Positions 42,949 to 53,738 of a stretch of 53,738 nt of DNA are shown here, piece by piece. The DNA is from an uncultured Candidatus Saccharibacteria bacterium (GTDB taxonomy: Bacteria; Patescibacteriota; Dojkabacteria; J137; JAEUSD01). The notes below the pieces were generated by a model, which searched no databases, was not told the origin of the DNA, and saw only the letters and a program-made list of their open reading frames with translations. The number at the start of each line of letters is the position of its first letter. Position 1 is the stretch's first letter. The stretch lies in assembly GCA_964446595.1 (NCBI GenBank), contig CAYUPY010000004.1:1-53738 (forward strand). The letters are read 5' to 3'. The translations under genes were made by a program, and so were the position numbers.

Positions 42949-45261
42949 ATGCCCGAACAAAAAAGTAGTTCCACAAGACCAAGCAGAGATCCTAAGCCAG
43001 CTAATGTTAAGCCCAGGAAGGTGCGTTTGGTAAAGATCAATATTAACCCTATTTCATTTATACTTGGGGCATTTATTATCATAGTGCTTCTTTCTTTGCT
43101 AATAGGTCCTGGATCTGGCCCAACTACCACGCCAGTATCAGTTTCTAGGTTTATTACAAGCATTAAAAATCAAGAGTATTCTCGCCTTTCGATTAAGAAT
43201 TCCGGTCAAATTATTGCTCAGGATAAATATGTTTATGTAGCACAAGGGCTTACTGATGTAGAAAAAACAAAATTGGAAACAATTAGTGAAGGAAGACTCA
43301 TTGAGCTATTACAGCCAGTGGATGCCTTAGAGCAATTGCGTGCTTCACTTAGACAAGAACCAAACCAAAGAGTTACAGAAATAATATTTGGACAAAACTA
43401 TGCAATTGCTAGAACTCTAGGACGAGATAACACTGATTTCCTTGTCAACGAACTGACAAGGGACAGATTAGCAAACCTGCTCAGAGACAAAGGCCAAGAG
43501 TTAGCTGAGGTGCCAATCATCATCACCGAGCTAAGTTTTGCTGCTGCAGAAATCAATCCAGAATCGATTGCTGCTCGCTATAGCCAAGGCGAATATGCTG
43601 AAGTATACGAGGTAGCAGGGTTAACATTAGCAAGATTAAAAGACGAGGAAATTCCTACCTATTCATTAGAATGGGATGCTGGGATCAGCAACTTTTCCAG
43701 AATTATTCAAGAAGAGGGTATTGAGCTAGCCAATGAAAATATAGAAATTGGCTCTGAAATTGTGGCATCTGTGCCATGGGGAGATATTATATCGCTAGTC
43801 ACACTAGTTGGATTTGTAGTATTGGGTTATTTCATTTTCCGGGGAATCCAGAATTCCGGAAGTGGATTAATGAGGTTTGGGCAGTCAAAGGCTCGTATGT
43901 TCTGGGGGGTTAAGCCTGACATTACTTTTGTAGATGTGGCAGGCGTTGACGAGGCTAAGCAAGAGTTGGAAGAAATAGTACAATTCTTGAAAAATCCTGA
44001 GAAGTTTCGCAAGTTGGGAGCACGTATTCCCAAAGGAGTCTTGATGGTTGGTCGCCCTGGTACGGGTAAAACCTTGATGGCTAGAGCTGTTGCCGGTGAG
44101 GCTGGTGTACCTTTCTTCCATACATCTGGATCTGAATTTGAAGAGATGCTAGTTGGTGCTGGTGCATCTAGAGTGCGAGATCTTTTTGAAAAAGCGAAGA
44201 AGGCTTCACCTGCATTAATATTCATTGACGAAATTGATGCTGTAGCCCGAAAGAGAGGAACAACTATTCAATCAAGTACAACTGAACAAACTCTTAACCA
44301 AATTCTGGTGGAGATGGATGGTTTTGAGACAGGTACTAACGTAATTGTAATTGCGGCTACAAACAGACCTGATGTTCTAGATCCAGCCATTTTGAGACCA
44401 GGACGTTTTGATCGTAGGGTAGTGCTAGATCTTCCAGATATTGAAGGTCGAAAACAGATATTATCTGTACATTCCCGAAATAAGCCTTTGGCAGAGGATG
44501 TCGACTTAGATAGGGTGGCAAAGCGAACCATTGGTTTCTCAGGTGCTGAATTGGAAAACACATTAAATGAGGCTGCAATTATTGCTGCTAAAGGTGACCG
44601 AAAGCAAATTACGGCTAAGGACATAGAAGAGGCTGCTTCTAAAGTGACAATGGGACCTGTGAGGAAGTCTTTGGTACGTACCGATGAGGAATTGAAGTTG
44701 GTTGCCGTGCACGAGGCTGGACATGCCGTGGTGGCTTTCTTTACACCAGGGTCAGACCCAGTTCATAGGGTTTCTATCCTGTCACGTGGAGCAGCTGGTG
44801 GGGTTACTCAGTTCTTGCCAGAGAATGATAATAGAATGGTGAGTAAGGGGAAATTATTAGCTAGAATTGCTGTGGGGTTAGGTGGTCGCGCAGCTGAAGA
44901 TCTAATTTTAGAAGATATTTCTACTGGGGCTTCTTCAGATATCAAGATGGTAACTGATGTAGCTCGGGCGATGGTACAGAAGTACGGTATGTCAGAAAAA
45001 TTAGGTTTGATCAAGTACGGTGAGTCCGATGAATTAGAGCACTTAGGTTATGGCTATGGTCAATCCCAAGAGTATTCTGACGAGACAGCAAAGTTAATAG
45101 ACGAGGAAGTACGTAAATTAATCCAGGAGGCCTATAGTAAAGCAAAGCAGATTATAAATGGTAATCGTGCTGGATTCGATAAAGTGGTAGCAGAATTATT
45201 AGAGAAAGAAGTGCTGGAAGCTGATGAGTTTGAAACACTTCTTAAAGGAAAGGATAACTAG
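42949..45261 (+). CDS. ftsH: ATP-dependent zinc metalloprotease FtsH
   Basis: GRPGTGKT, FIDEID, RPGRFDR, HEAGH. Confidence 0.97.
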   Translation: MPEQKSSSTRPSRDPKPANVKPRKVRLVKININPISFILGAFIIIVLLSLLIGPGSGPTTTPVSVSRFITSIKNQEYSRLSIKNSGQIIAQDKYVYVAQGLTDVEKTKLETISEGRLIELLQPVDALEQLRASLRQEPNQRVTEIIFGQNYAIARTLGRDNTDFLVNELTRDRLANLLRDKGQELAEVPIIITELSFAAAEINPESIAARYSQGEYAEVYEVAGLTLARLKDEEIPTYSLEWDAGISNFSRIIQEEGIELANENIEIGSEIVASVPWGDIISLVTLVGFVVLGYFIFRGIQNSGSGLMRFGQSKARMFWGVKPDITFVDVAGVDEAKQELEEIVQFLKNPEKFRKLGARIPKGVLMVGRPGTGKTLMARAVAGEAGVPFFHTSGSEFEEMLVGAGASRVRDLFEKAKKASPALIFIDEIDAVARKRGTTIQSSTTEQTLNQILVEMDGFETGTNVIVIAATNRPDVLDPAILRPGRFDRRVVLDLPDIEGRKQILSVHSRNKPLAEDVDLDRVAKRTIGFSGAELENTLNEAAIIAAKGDRKQITAKDIEEAASKVTMGPVRKSLVRTDEELKLVAVHEAGHAVVAFFTPGSDPVHRVSILSRGAAGGVTQFLPENDNRMVSKGKLLARIAVGLGGRAAEDLILEDISTGASSDIKMVTDVARAMVQKYGMSEKLGLIKYGESDELEHLGYGYGQSQEYSDETAKLIDEEVRKLIQEAYSKAKQIINGNRAGFDKVVAELLEKEVLEADEFETLLKGKDN

Positions 45262-45292
45262 TTTAGCTTAGTTAAATCTGCTAAATTAAGGC

Positions 45293-46453
45293 GTGAAAGA
45301 AGCCAAGGGTCTTAACCTAATACAATTTAGTGCTGGATTATTAGTAGGATTTATAATAAGCCTCGGGGTTTATCTAATAGTAAACCCCGGCGCCACTGTA
45401 AGTATTCCCGTCTCTAATGAGCAGATAAAGCTTCAAGCTGCTCCTATTGTTATTGACAAAGACACAACTCTTTCCCGAGGTTTTTTGGCTGCTGGATATA
45501 ACGCAAATTCAGCACAACAAGTTGCAAACAATAACCCAGTAAAAGTAAATCCTGGGGAGCAGTACGTTTTACATGTTTTGGAAATTGGAAAGACCGTGGG
45601 GGAAGTTAGAATTGACGATTGTGATATTGCATGGAACAGTTTTGGAAATACAAGTCCAAATATCTTTAGTGACTCTACTATGGGTGCGCTTTATTTAGGT
45701 AGTAGAGGTGAATTATTACTACCACCAGTATTGTCAACCAACCGAGCTGCGCAATACACAGGTATTGAAGGATCCTTTAAAAGAAACTATCAGTTTAATG
45801 ATCAAGTAAATACTAGAACGAATACGCAGGTAGAGTACACCACAATCGCTTTCCAATTTACGGTTAGTAATCAATTAAATAGCGGTGACCGTTTCAGTTT
45901 AGCAGGGGTAGAATGCCCTATTTCTGGAGACAACGGTCTTAGTGATAGAATCGTAGTACAATTTAGAAACAATGAGGTGTTGTTAGAAGTAAGTGGCAGT
46001 ACTGACAACGCTTTGGTCCCTCTTTACCAGTTTTATAATGCAGATACAGGAGCTCATTTTTACACAGCTAGTGAATCTCAAAAACAGTCTGTGCTTGATA
46101 GGTTTCCGCAGTTTAAGCCTGAAGGCATTGCTTATTACGTAAGCACCGGTGAGGGTAGAGGTGTGTATCGTTTTTACAATTCTACTAGTGGCGCCCACTT
46201 TTATACCGCAGATGTTAGCACTAGAGATCAAGTTCTAGAGAGATTTCCACAGTTTAAACTGGAAAATGGTGGCCAGCCAGTATTCTATGTAAATGCAGAT
46301 ATAAGTAGTGGTTTTCCTGTGTATCAATTTTATAATGCTACCACTGGTGCTCATTTTTACACTGCTGATGAAGTTAAGAAAAACGCTGTAGAGAACAGAT
46401 TCCCGCAGTTTAAATACGAAAAAGTAACCTATTCGGTATCAAAGTTAGATTAA
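45293..46453 (+). CDS. Membrane-anchored surface protein with three C-terminal YxFYN..GAHFYT repeats (DUF5648-like)
   Basis: Three repeats of about 43-47 aa, each containing RFPQFK. Confidence 0.8.
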   Translation: MKEAKGLNLIQFSAGLLVGFIISLGVYLIVNPGATVSIPVSNEQIKLQAAPIVIDKDTTLSRGFLAAGYNANSAQQVANNNPVKVNPGEQYVLHVLEIGKTVGEVRIDDCDIAWNSFGNTSPNIFSDSTMGALYLGSRGELLLPPVLSTNRAAQYTGIEGSFKRNYQFNDQVNTRTNTQVEYTTIAFQFTVSNQLNSGDRFSLAGVECPISGDNGLSDRIVVQFRNNEVLLEVSGSTDNALVPLYQFYNADTGAHFYTASESQKQSVLDRFPQFKPEGIAYYVSTGEGRGVYRFYNSTSGAHFYTADVSTRDQVLERFPQFKLENGGQPVFYVNADISSGFPVYQFYNATTGAHFYTADEVKKNAVENRFPQFKYEKVTYSVSKLD

Positions 46454-46462
46454 TAAACCAGC

Positions 46463-47173
46463 ATGAGATTGCAGAATCCCCATGCTATGGGGCAAGTATA
46501 TACAAATAAACCGGCAAAACCCGACAAATTGATCGGGAATACCAAATTTCTAATTACCGTACAGTTTGTGATGATGTTAGTACTATTAACTTGGGTAGCT
46601 ACTGACCTGTTCTTAAGTTATGGTGCTCCTGATGCAGTTTTACGAGGTTCATTAAGTCCAGTCGGATCCATCCAACAAGTAGACGTATTGTTAACTGAGC
46701 AGAGAAAATTATTGCAAAAGTTTGCTGAAGCGAATGCTATTCAGCGTGTAGAGAACGCCACAGAGTTGAAATCCATGGCCACAACGGCAACACAAGAAAT
46801 CTTTGCTAATATTCAGAATGGTGATTACTTCATTAAATTGCCTGGAAATCAACTGATAATTTACAGGCCTGATACAGAAGAGAATGTATATGTTGGTATG
46901 GATGCTGACGCGGCGCTGGCGGTGATGGAAAGAAATATTGCAAAGGAAATATTTGCCGCCGCCAGCGCCGCCAAAATAATAGAAGGGAAGCAAGAACCCC
47001 TAGTCCGAGAGATCGCAGATATTGCTACTTTATTAAGACAAGACCCCACTTTGTTTGAAAACGCCAAGAACGGTGACTTTATTGCGTACTTTCCCAACGA
47101 GTTTGTTACCGTGATTTACAATCCCCAGGCCCAAGAAATTGTGCAGTCCGCAACTATTGAATATCAGCTATAA
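46463..47173 (+). CDS. Single-TM hypothetical protein with duplicated F.N..NGD..IY.P domain
   Basis: FANIQNGDYF..IIYRP and FENAKNGDFI..VIYNP. Confidence 0.75.
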   Translation: MRLQNPHAMGQVYTNKPAKPDKLIGNTKFLITVQFVMMLVLLTWVATDLFLSYGAPDAVLRGSLSPVGSIQQVDVLLTEQRKLLQKFAEANAIQRVENATELKSMATTATQEIFANIQNGDYFIKLPGNQLIIYRPDTEENVYVGMDADAALAVMERNIAKEIFAAASAAKIIEGKQEPLVREIADIATLLRQDPTLFENAKNGDFIAYFPNEFVTVIYNPQAQEIVQSATIEYQL

Positions 47174-47179
47174 TAGCCT

Positions 47180-49882
47180 ATGGCTAGTAAAAAAAGAGAA
47201 ATATTGTTGTTGATTGACTCCCATGCCCTTATTCACAGGGCGTACCATGCATTCCCGCCTGACCTAACGATTAGCTCCGGGGAAGTAGTTAATGCAGTAT
47301 ACGGATTCTCCAGATTACTTTTAGAAGTATTACAAAAATTCTCTCCCGATTACGTGATTGCTGCCATGGATGCTCCTGGACCAACAGTAAGGCATCAGCA
47401 ATTTGGTCAGTATAAAGCTAACCGTAGTGCACCAGATGACTTGCTCATTCAGCAGATACCACTTGTAGAAAAGCTATTAGAAACTTTGGACATACCTATC
47501 TTAAAAGTAGATGGTTTTGAGGCCGATGACATAATAGGCACTCTAGACGATAGGTTCGGAAGAGAGAATCATGGTCATGAAACTATCATTGTCACTGGAG
47601 ATCGTGACCTGTTCCAACTGGTAGATGAAGATACCCGCGTGTACCTAGCAGGTACCAGTTTTTCTAAATCAAAGCTCTACGATGCTGACGGTGTTGAGGA
47701 GAAAATGGGGGGGCGCCCTGAGTTCATAGTAGATATTAAAGCTCTGGAAGGTGATTCATCAGATAATATTCCGGGTGTAGCTGGGATTGGTAAGAAAGGT
47801 GCTGCCACAATTGTGGCAGAGTTTGGTCACCTTGAAGATATTTACAAGAAGTTAGCTGAAGTGCCAAAGCGTTATCAAAATAAACTAACTGAAAACTATG
47901 AGATAGCCGAATTGTCACGCCAGCTGGCAACCATAATTAAAGACGTGCCACTCAATTGTGAGTTTGAAGATGGGCGTTTCGGTACTTTTTCATCGCGTGA
48001 AGTAAGAACTTTCTTTCAAGACATGGAATTTAACTCTTTGCTGCGCCAAATAGATAAGTTAATTGACAACCATGAACTGCATGCGGAGGAAGTAAGTGTG
48101 ACTAAAGATATGGTGGCTGCGCAGGGTCAACTGTCGCTGCTGGCCAATAACCCTCAATCTGCCAGCAGCGACATCCAAGCATGGGGTGGTGAAAAACTTA
48201 AAGAGAGAATTGTGATTTGGATGGAGGTAGATCAAACAAGTGATCCATTAAATTGGAAGCTACAAGAGCTACTAGTCTGGGATAGCGAAAAGGAGAAACC
48301 TTTGCGTGTAGAGCCTAAATCCTTGGGCAGCTTCTTTTCAAAGGTATGTGAGCAGCATCCTAAGCTAGAAGTTGTGACATTAGACGCCAAATCTCTTTAC
48401 CACATATTGAGTAATCATAATATTAACTACCGGCAGTGGCAAGGGTTCTCAACATATGACTTGAGCCTGTCAACATATGTTGTAAGCATGGGCCGTACTA
48501 AGCAAGATTTGGACAGTTTGCTTGCCTACTATAAGTTAGGGTATGCAGATGCCGAATTGGCGAAGCTAGCTAAACTCGTAATGGCCTCACAAGCTCATTT
48601 TGAAGATACTGATGCACTTAGCAGTTTCAATGAAATTTTGACACTGGAGAATAAGCTGGTACGCATAATTGTCGAAATGGAAAGAAATGGTATTGTTCTA
48701 GATAAAGAGCTGATGGTGCAGTTTGATCAACAGTTACAACAGGATATTAAACAAATAGAGCAGTCAATTTACTCAGACGTTGGGCATGAATTTAATATTG
48801 GTTCTCCTAAACAGGTAGGTGAAGTATTGTTTGAGGAGAAAGGGTTGCCTGTAGTAAAAAAGACCAAATCTGGTAGTTACTCTACGGATGAACGCACCTT
48901 AAATACCTTGGCTGACGCTGATCCAGTAGTAATGAAGATACTCAAATATCGAGAGTTTACAAAACTGTTAAGTACATACGTAAAGCCTTTACCATCCTTA
49001 GTAAACCACGAAACTGGGAGGATCCATGCGGTATTTAATCAAATGGGTGCAATTACGGGTCGCTTCTCATCACAGAATCCAAATATGCAAAACATTCCGG
49101 TGGGGGAGACTGCTGGTTTAGTAATGCGAGATGCTTTTAAGTCAGATGAGGGTAGCTACTTGGTGGCACTTGACTATTCTCAGCAGGAACTTAGGCTGTT
49201 GGCCGAGCTTTCGGAAGAAGAGAATATGTTAAAGGCCTTTTCTGATGGGAAGGATATTCACGCAGTAGCCGCTGCAGAGATTTTTGGAATTCCAATTGAG
49301 GAAGTAGATAAAGAGAAGAGAAGAATAGGTAAGACAATCAATTTTGGTATTGTTTATGGCATTTCACCTTTCGGGCTAGCAGATCGATTAAAGATTAGCC
49401 AAAAGGAGGCAAAAGATTATATAGAAAAGTATTTTGATCGCTATCCTAAGGTACGTAAGTTTTATGATCAACTGATTACTTCTGCTAAAAAAGATGGCTT
49501 CGTAGCTACTATCTTTGGTCGAAGGCGTCATTCTGGCGATCTACATTCCCGTAACTATGTATTAAGGCAAGCGACAGAAAGAGAGGTCATGAATTATCCG
49601 CTGCAGGGAAGTGCTGCGGATTTAATTAAGCAGGCAATGATTGAAGTCGCCTATGTATTGCCCAAACATAAGGCTAAAATGTTGTTACAAGTGCATGATG
49701 AACTTATATTTGAGTACTATTTCGAGGGCAATGAACAAGAGCTATTAAAGGATGAAGCATTTCAAGCATTTGTACATGATGTGCGAAAAGCAATGTTGAA
49801 AAACAAAAAACTAAGAGTACCTCTAGCCATCGGCGTGGATGTAGGAAAACGCTGGGGCAGCATGAAAGAAGCAACCGTTTAG
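47180..49882 (+). CDS. polA: DNA polymerase I
   Basis: FEADD, GDSSDNIPGV, TGRFSSQNPNMQNIP, DYSQQELR, KTINFGIVYG, QVHDEL. Confidence 0.98.
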   Translation: MASKKREILLLIDSHALIHRAYHAFPPDLTISSGEVVNAVYGFSRLLLEVLQKFSPDYVIAAMDAPGPTVRHQQFGQYKANRSAPDDLLIQQIPLVEKLLETLDIPILKVDGFEADDIIGTLDDRFGRENHGHETIIVTGDRDLFQLVDEDTRVYLAGTSFSKSKLYDADGVEEKMGGRPEFIVDIKALEGDSSDNIPGVAGIGKKGAATIVAEFGHLEDIYKKLAEVPKRYQNKLTENYEIAELSRQLATIIKDVPLNCEFEDGRFGTFSSREVRTFFQDMEFNSLLRQIDKLIDNHELHAEEVSVTKDMVAAQGQLSLLANNPQSASSDIQAWGGEKLKERIVIWMEVDQTSDPLNWKLQELLVWDSEKEKPLRVEPKSLGSFFSKVCEQHPKLEVVTLDAKSLYHILSNHNINYRQWQGFSTYDLSLSTYVVSMGRTKQDLDSLLAYYKLGYADAELAKLAKLVMASQAHFEDTDALSSFNEILTLENKLVRIIVEMERNGIVLDKELMVQFDQQLQQDIKQIEQSIYSDVGHEFNIGSPKQVGEVLFEEKGLPVVKKTKSGSYSTDERTLNTLADADPVVMKILKYREFTKLLSTYVKPLPSLVNHETGRIHAVFNQMGAITGRFSSQNPNMQNIPVGETAGLVMRDAFKSDEGSYLVALDYSQQELRLLAELSEEENMLKAFSDGKDIHAVAAAEIFGIPIEEVDKEKRRIGKTINFGIVYGISPFGLADRLKISQKEAKDYIEKYFDRYPKVRKFYDQLITSAKKDGFVATIFGRRRHSGDLHSRNYVLRQATEREVMNYPLQGSAADLIKQAMIEVAYVLPKHKAKMLLQVHDELIFEYYFEGNEQELLKDEAFQAFVHDVRKAMLKNKKLRVPLAIGVDVGKRWGSMKEATV

Positions 49883-49924
49883 TTCCAGAACTTGCAAATA
49901 TCTTCAATTTGAGTACAATAGTAT

Positions 49925-50488
49925 ATGGGAATTTTTCGTAATAATGATTTTGAATGGGATGAGTTTGATGATGAAGAATCAGATTTTAATGCCGTAAGGG
50001 CTTTTTTCGGGCTAGTCAAATTTGTAGTTTTTATAGCTACTGTTGGTTATCTTATATATAGGTATCGTGACGAAATAAAGGATAAGCTATATGAGCTCAC
50101 TGACCGTTATGAGTTTCTAGAACGGTTAATGAACAAGCTTAAGAGTGGTGTGAACGATTTGGAGAGAAACAGTAAGGCAAAATTCGCTGAGCTTGAAGAT
50201 TCACTAGAAGATTTCCAAGAGGAGATTGAGAGAGAGAGTAATACTATTAAAAGAAAAGTAGGTCGGATAGTCAAAGATAATAAAGATGCTTTTCGGCTTA
50301 ATACTCGCCAAGAGGCCATTTATAACTTAATCCAAGACGCTGGCGAGGTCACCATGAGTGAAATTGCCGATGTTATTGCGGGCGTAACGAATCGCACACT
50401 ACGACGAGACACCACTAAACTTGAAAAGCTAGGACTTATTGTTCGTCGAGGGCGTACTAAAAATAGTGTTTACCGCTTGCGAAAGTAG
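49925..50488 (+). CDS. TM + coiled-coil protein with C-terminal DeoR-like winged HTH
   Basis: LNTRQEAIY..VTNRTLRRD..LEKLGLIVRRGRTKNSVY. Confidence 0.75.
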   Translation: MGIFRNNDFEWDEFDDEESDFNAVRAFFGLVKFVVFIATVGYLIYRYRDEIKDKLYELTDRYEFLERLMNKLKSGVNDLERNSKAKFAELEDSLEDFQEEIERESNTIKRKVGRIVKDNKDAFRLNTRQEAIYNLIQDAGEVTMSEIADVIAGVTNRTLRRDTTKLEKLGLIVRRGRTKNSVYRLRK

Positions 50489-50533
50489 GATACTTCTTGC
50501 GTCAATTACCTTATAAAAATCTATAGGATATTC

Positions 50534-50562
50534 TTGCCAAAACCTCTTCAGCCTGATAGAAT
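50534..50562 (+). promoter_or_regulatory. rrn upstream promoter (P1-like)
   Basis: TTGCCA-17 nt-TAGAAT. Confidence 0.65.
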
Positions 50563-50647
50563 ACAACCACTTGATTTCCAATGTACGGGAAATCAGGTAG
50601 GGATGGAACATTAAAATAAATTCCAACATTTTCTTAAACTTTTAGGT

Positions 50648-50696
50648 TTGCAATTTGCTGTTTCTTTGATATCATCCTAATCGTTGCTCTTTAAAA
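50648..50696 (+). promoter_or_regulatory. rrn P2-like promoter and boxA
   Basis: TTGCAA-16 nt-TATCAT, then TGCTCTTTAAAA (50685-50696); a second boxA lies at 52538-52549. Confidence 0.7.
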
Positions 50697-50833
50697 TTCG
50701 AAAAGTGATAGGGAACATTATATGCGAATGTGTAAAATGTTAACTACTTGTTAATTCCGAGTAATTATAGAGATCAAATTAACCTATAAAATTACACTCT
50801 ACTAATATTTACTATTAGTAGTTTTAAACAAAT

Positions 50834-52433
<1,600 letters not shown>

Positions 52434-52635
52434 AAGGAGTAAAAATCATCTTTATCTGAGGATAAAGAAAACCAAATTTTTAACCCGAACTGGTTTTTAG
52501 TTTGTAGTTCCTATCACTTTTAAGGTTTCAAAACTTTTGCTCTTTAAATAAAATTTTCGAAAAAGTATTAACCATTATATGGTTATCTGGTATATTTGGA
52601 GGCTTGTTTTATGAGTGGTCTAAACCACCAGCTGC

Positions 52636-52709
52636 AGGCGTTTAGCTCAGCTGGTTAGAGCGCAGTCCTGATAAGACTGAGGTCCCAGGTTCAAGTCCTG
52701 GAACGCCTA
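52636..52709 (+). tRNA. tRNA-Ile (GAU)
   Basis: Cloverleaf with CTGATAA loop, in the ITS. Confidence 0.96.
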
Positions 52710-52778
52710 TATTTTTAAGGGTTAAGACGAAGAATTAGTCGTAATTCTTTTTCTAAATCCTTATGAGCGAAGCTCGTT

Positions 52779-52852
52779 GGGGCCTTAGTTCAGCTGGCTA
52801 GAACGTCTCATTTGCAATGAGAAGGTCATGGGTTCGAGTCCCATAGGCTCCA
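52779..52852 (+). tRNA. tRNA-Ala (UGC)
   Basis: Cloverleaf with TTTGCAA loop and G3:U70. Confidence 0.96.
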
Positions 52853-52921
52853 CATTTGAAGGAGTTTATAAACCAGATAGCTTTTTTATTCCAAAATTAT
52901 ATTTCCGAATTTTATCGGAAC

Positions 52922-52961
52922 CTAGAAAATGTAATTTGTCCACACAAATTACATTTTCTAG
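52922..52961. repeat. Perfect 18-bp inverted repeat in the ITS
   Basis: CTAGAAAATGTAATTTGT-CCAC-ACAAATTACATTTTCTAG. Confidence 0.85.
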
Positions 52962-53050
52962 ATTCTAATATCTAGGAGAATATGCACATTGAAAACTGAA
53001 TAGGGTTTTTTTATGTCCTAAAATGCGACAATCTCGTTGTTTAAAACCGC

Positions 53051-53738
<688 letters not shown>

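Noticed and set aside
883-50629. Numerous short ORFs antisense to or nested in long genes (e.g. 16934-17224, 17714-18052, 43827-44225)
   Set aside because: Shadow frames of well-supported genes, with no motifs or independent signals.

Overview
Gene-dense chromosomal segment of a reduced-genome bacterium, most likely Patescibacteria/CPR. Dojkabacteria/WS6 is a tentative guess from the divergent 16S and gene content, not a database result. Core genes include mltG, ruvX/yqgF, comF, yidC, jag, rplY, groES/groEL, smpB, ftsH and polA. RNA genes are tmRNA, five tRNAs, and the start of an rRNA operon (16S, Ile, Ala, partial 23S). The best candidate for an under-described system is the co-oriented envelope locus at about 20.2-38.5 kb. 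It has a membrane-anchored Clp-type AAA+ ATPase translationally coupled to six tandem VirB2/TrbC-like pilin genes, all with a predicted mature N-terminal Gln and mostly Cys-rich add-ons. These are followed by a degenerate SMC-like protein, a coiled-coil SpoIID hydrolase, a pseudo-PP2C/propeller receptor-like protein and a VirD4-like ATPase. Other notable items: tRNA-Ile(UAU); a protease-less Lon AAA+ module behind two perfect 16-bp palindromes; an FtsA-like plus baseplate-J-like gene pair; an NDT-RHH fusion; pervasive leaderless-type promoters; a long tmRNA tag; and covarying substitutions and expansions in 16S functional centres. No CRISPR array, IS element or prophage was seen. All family assignments are by eye from motifs.
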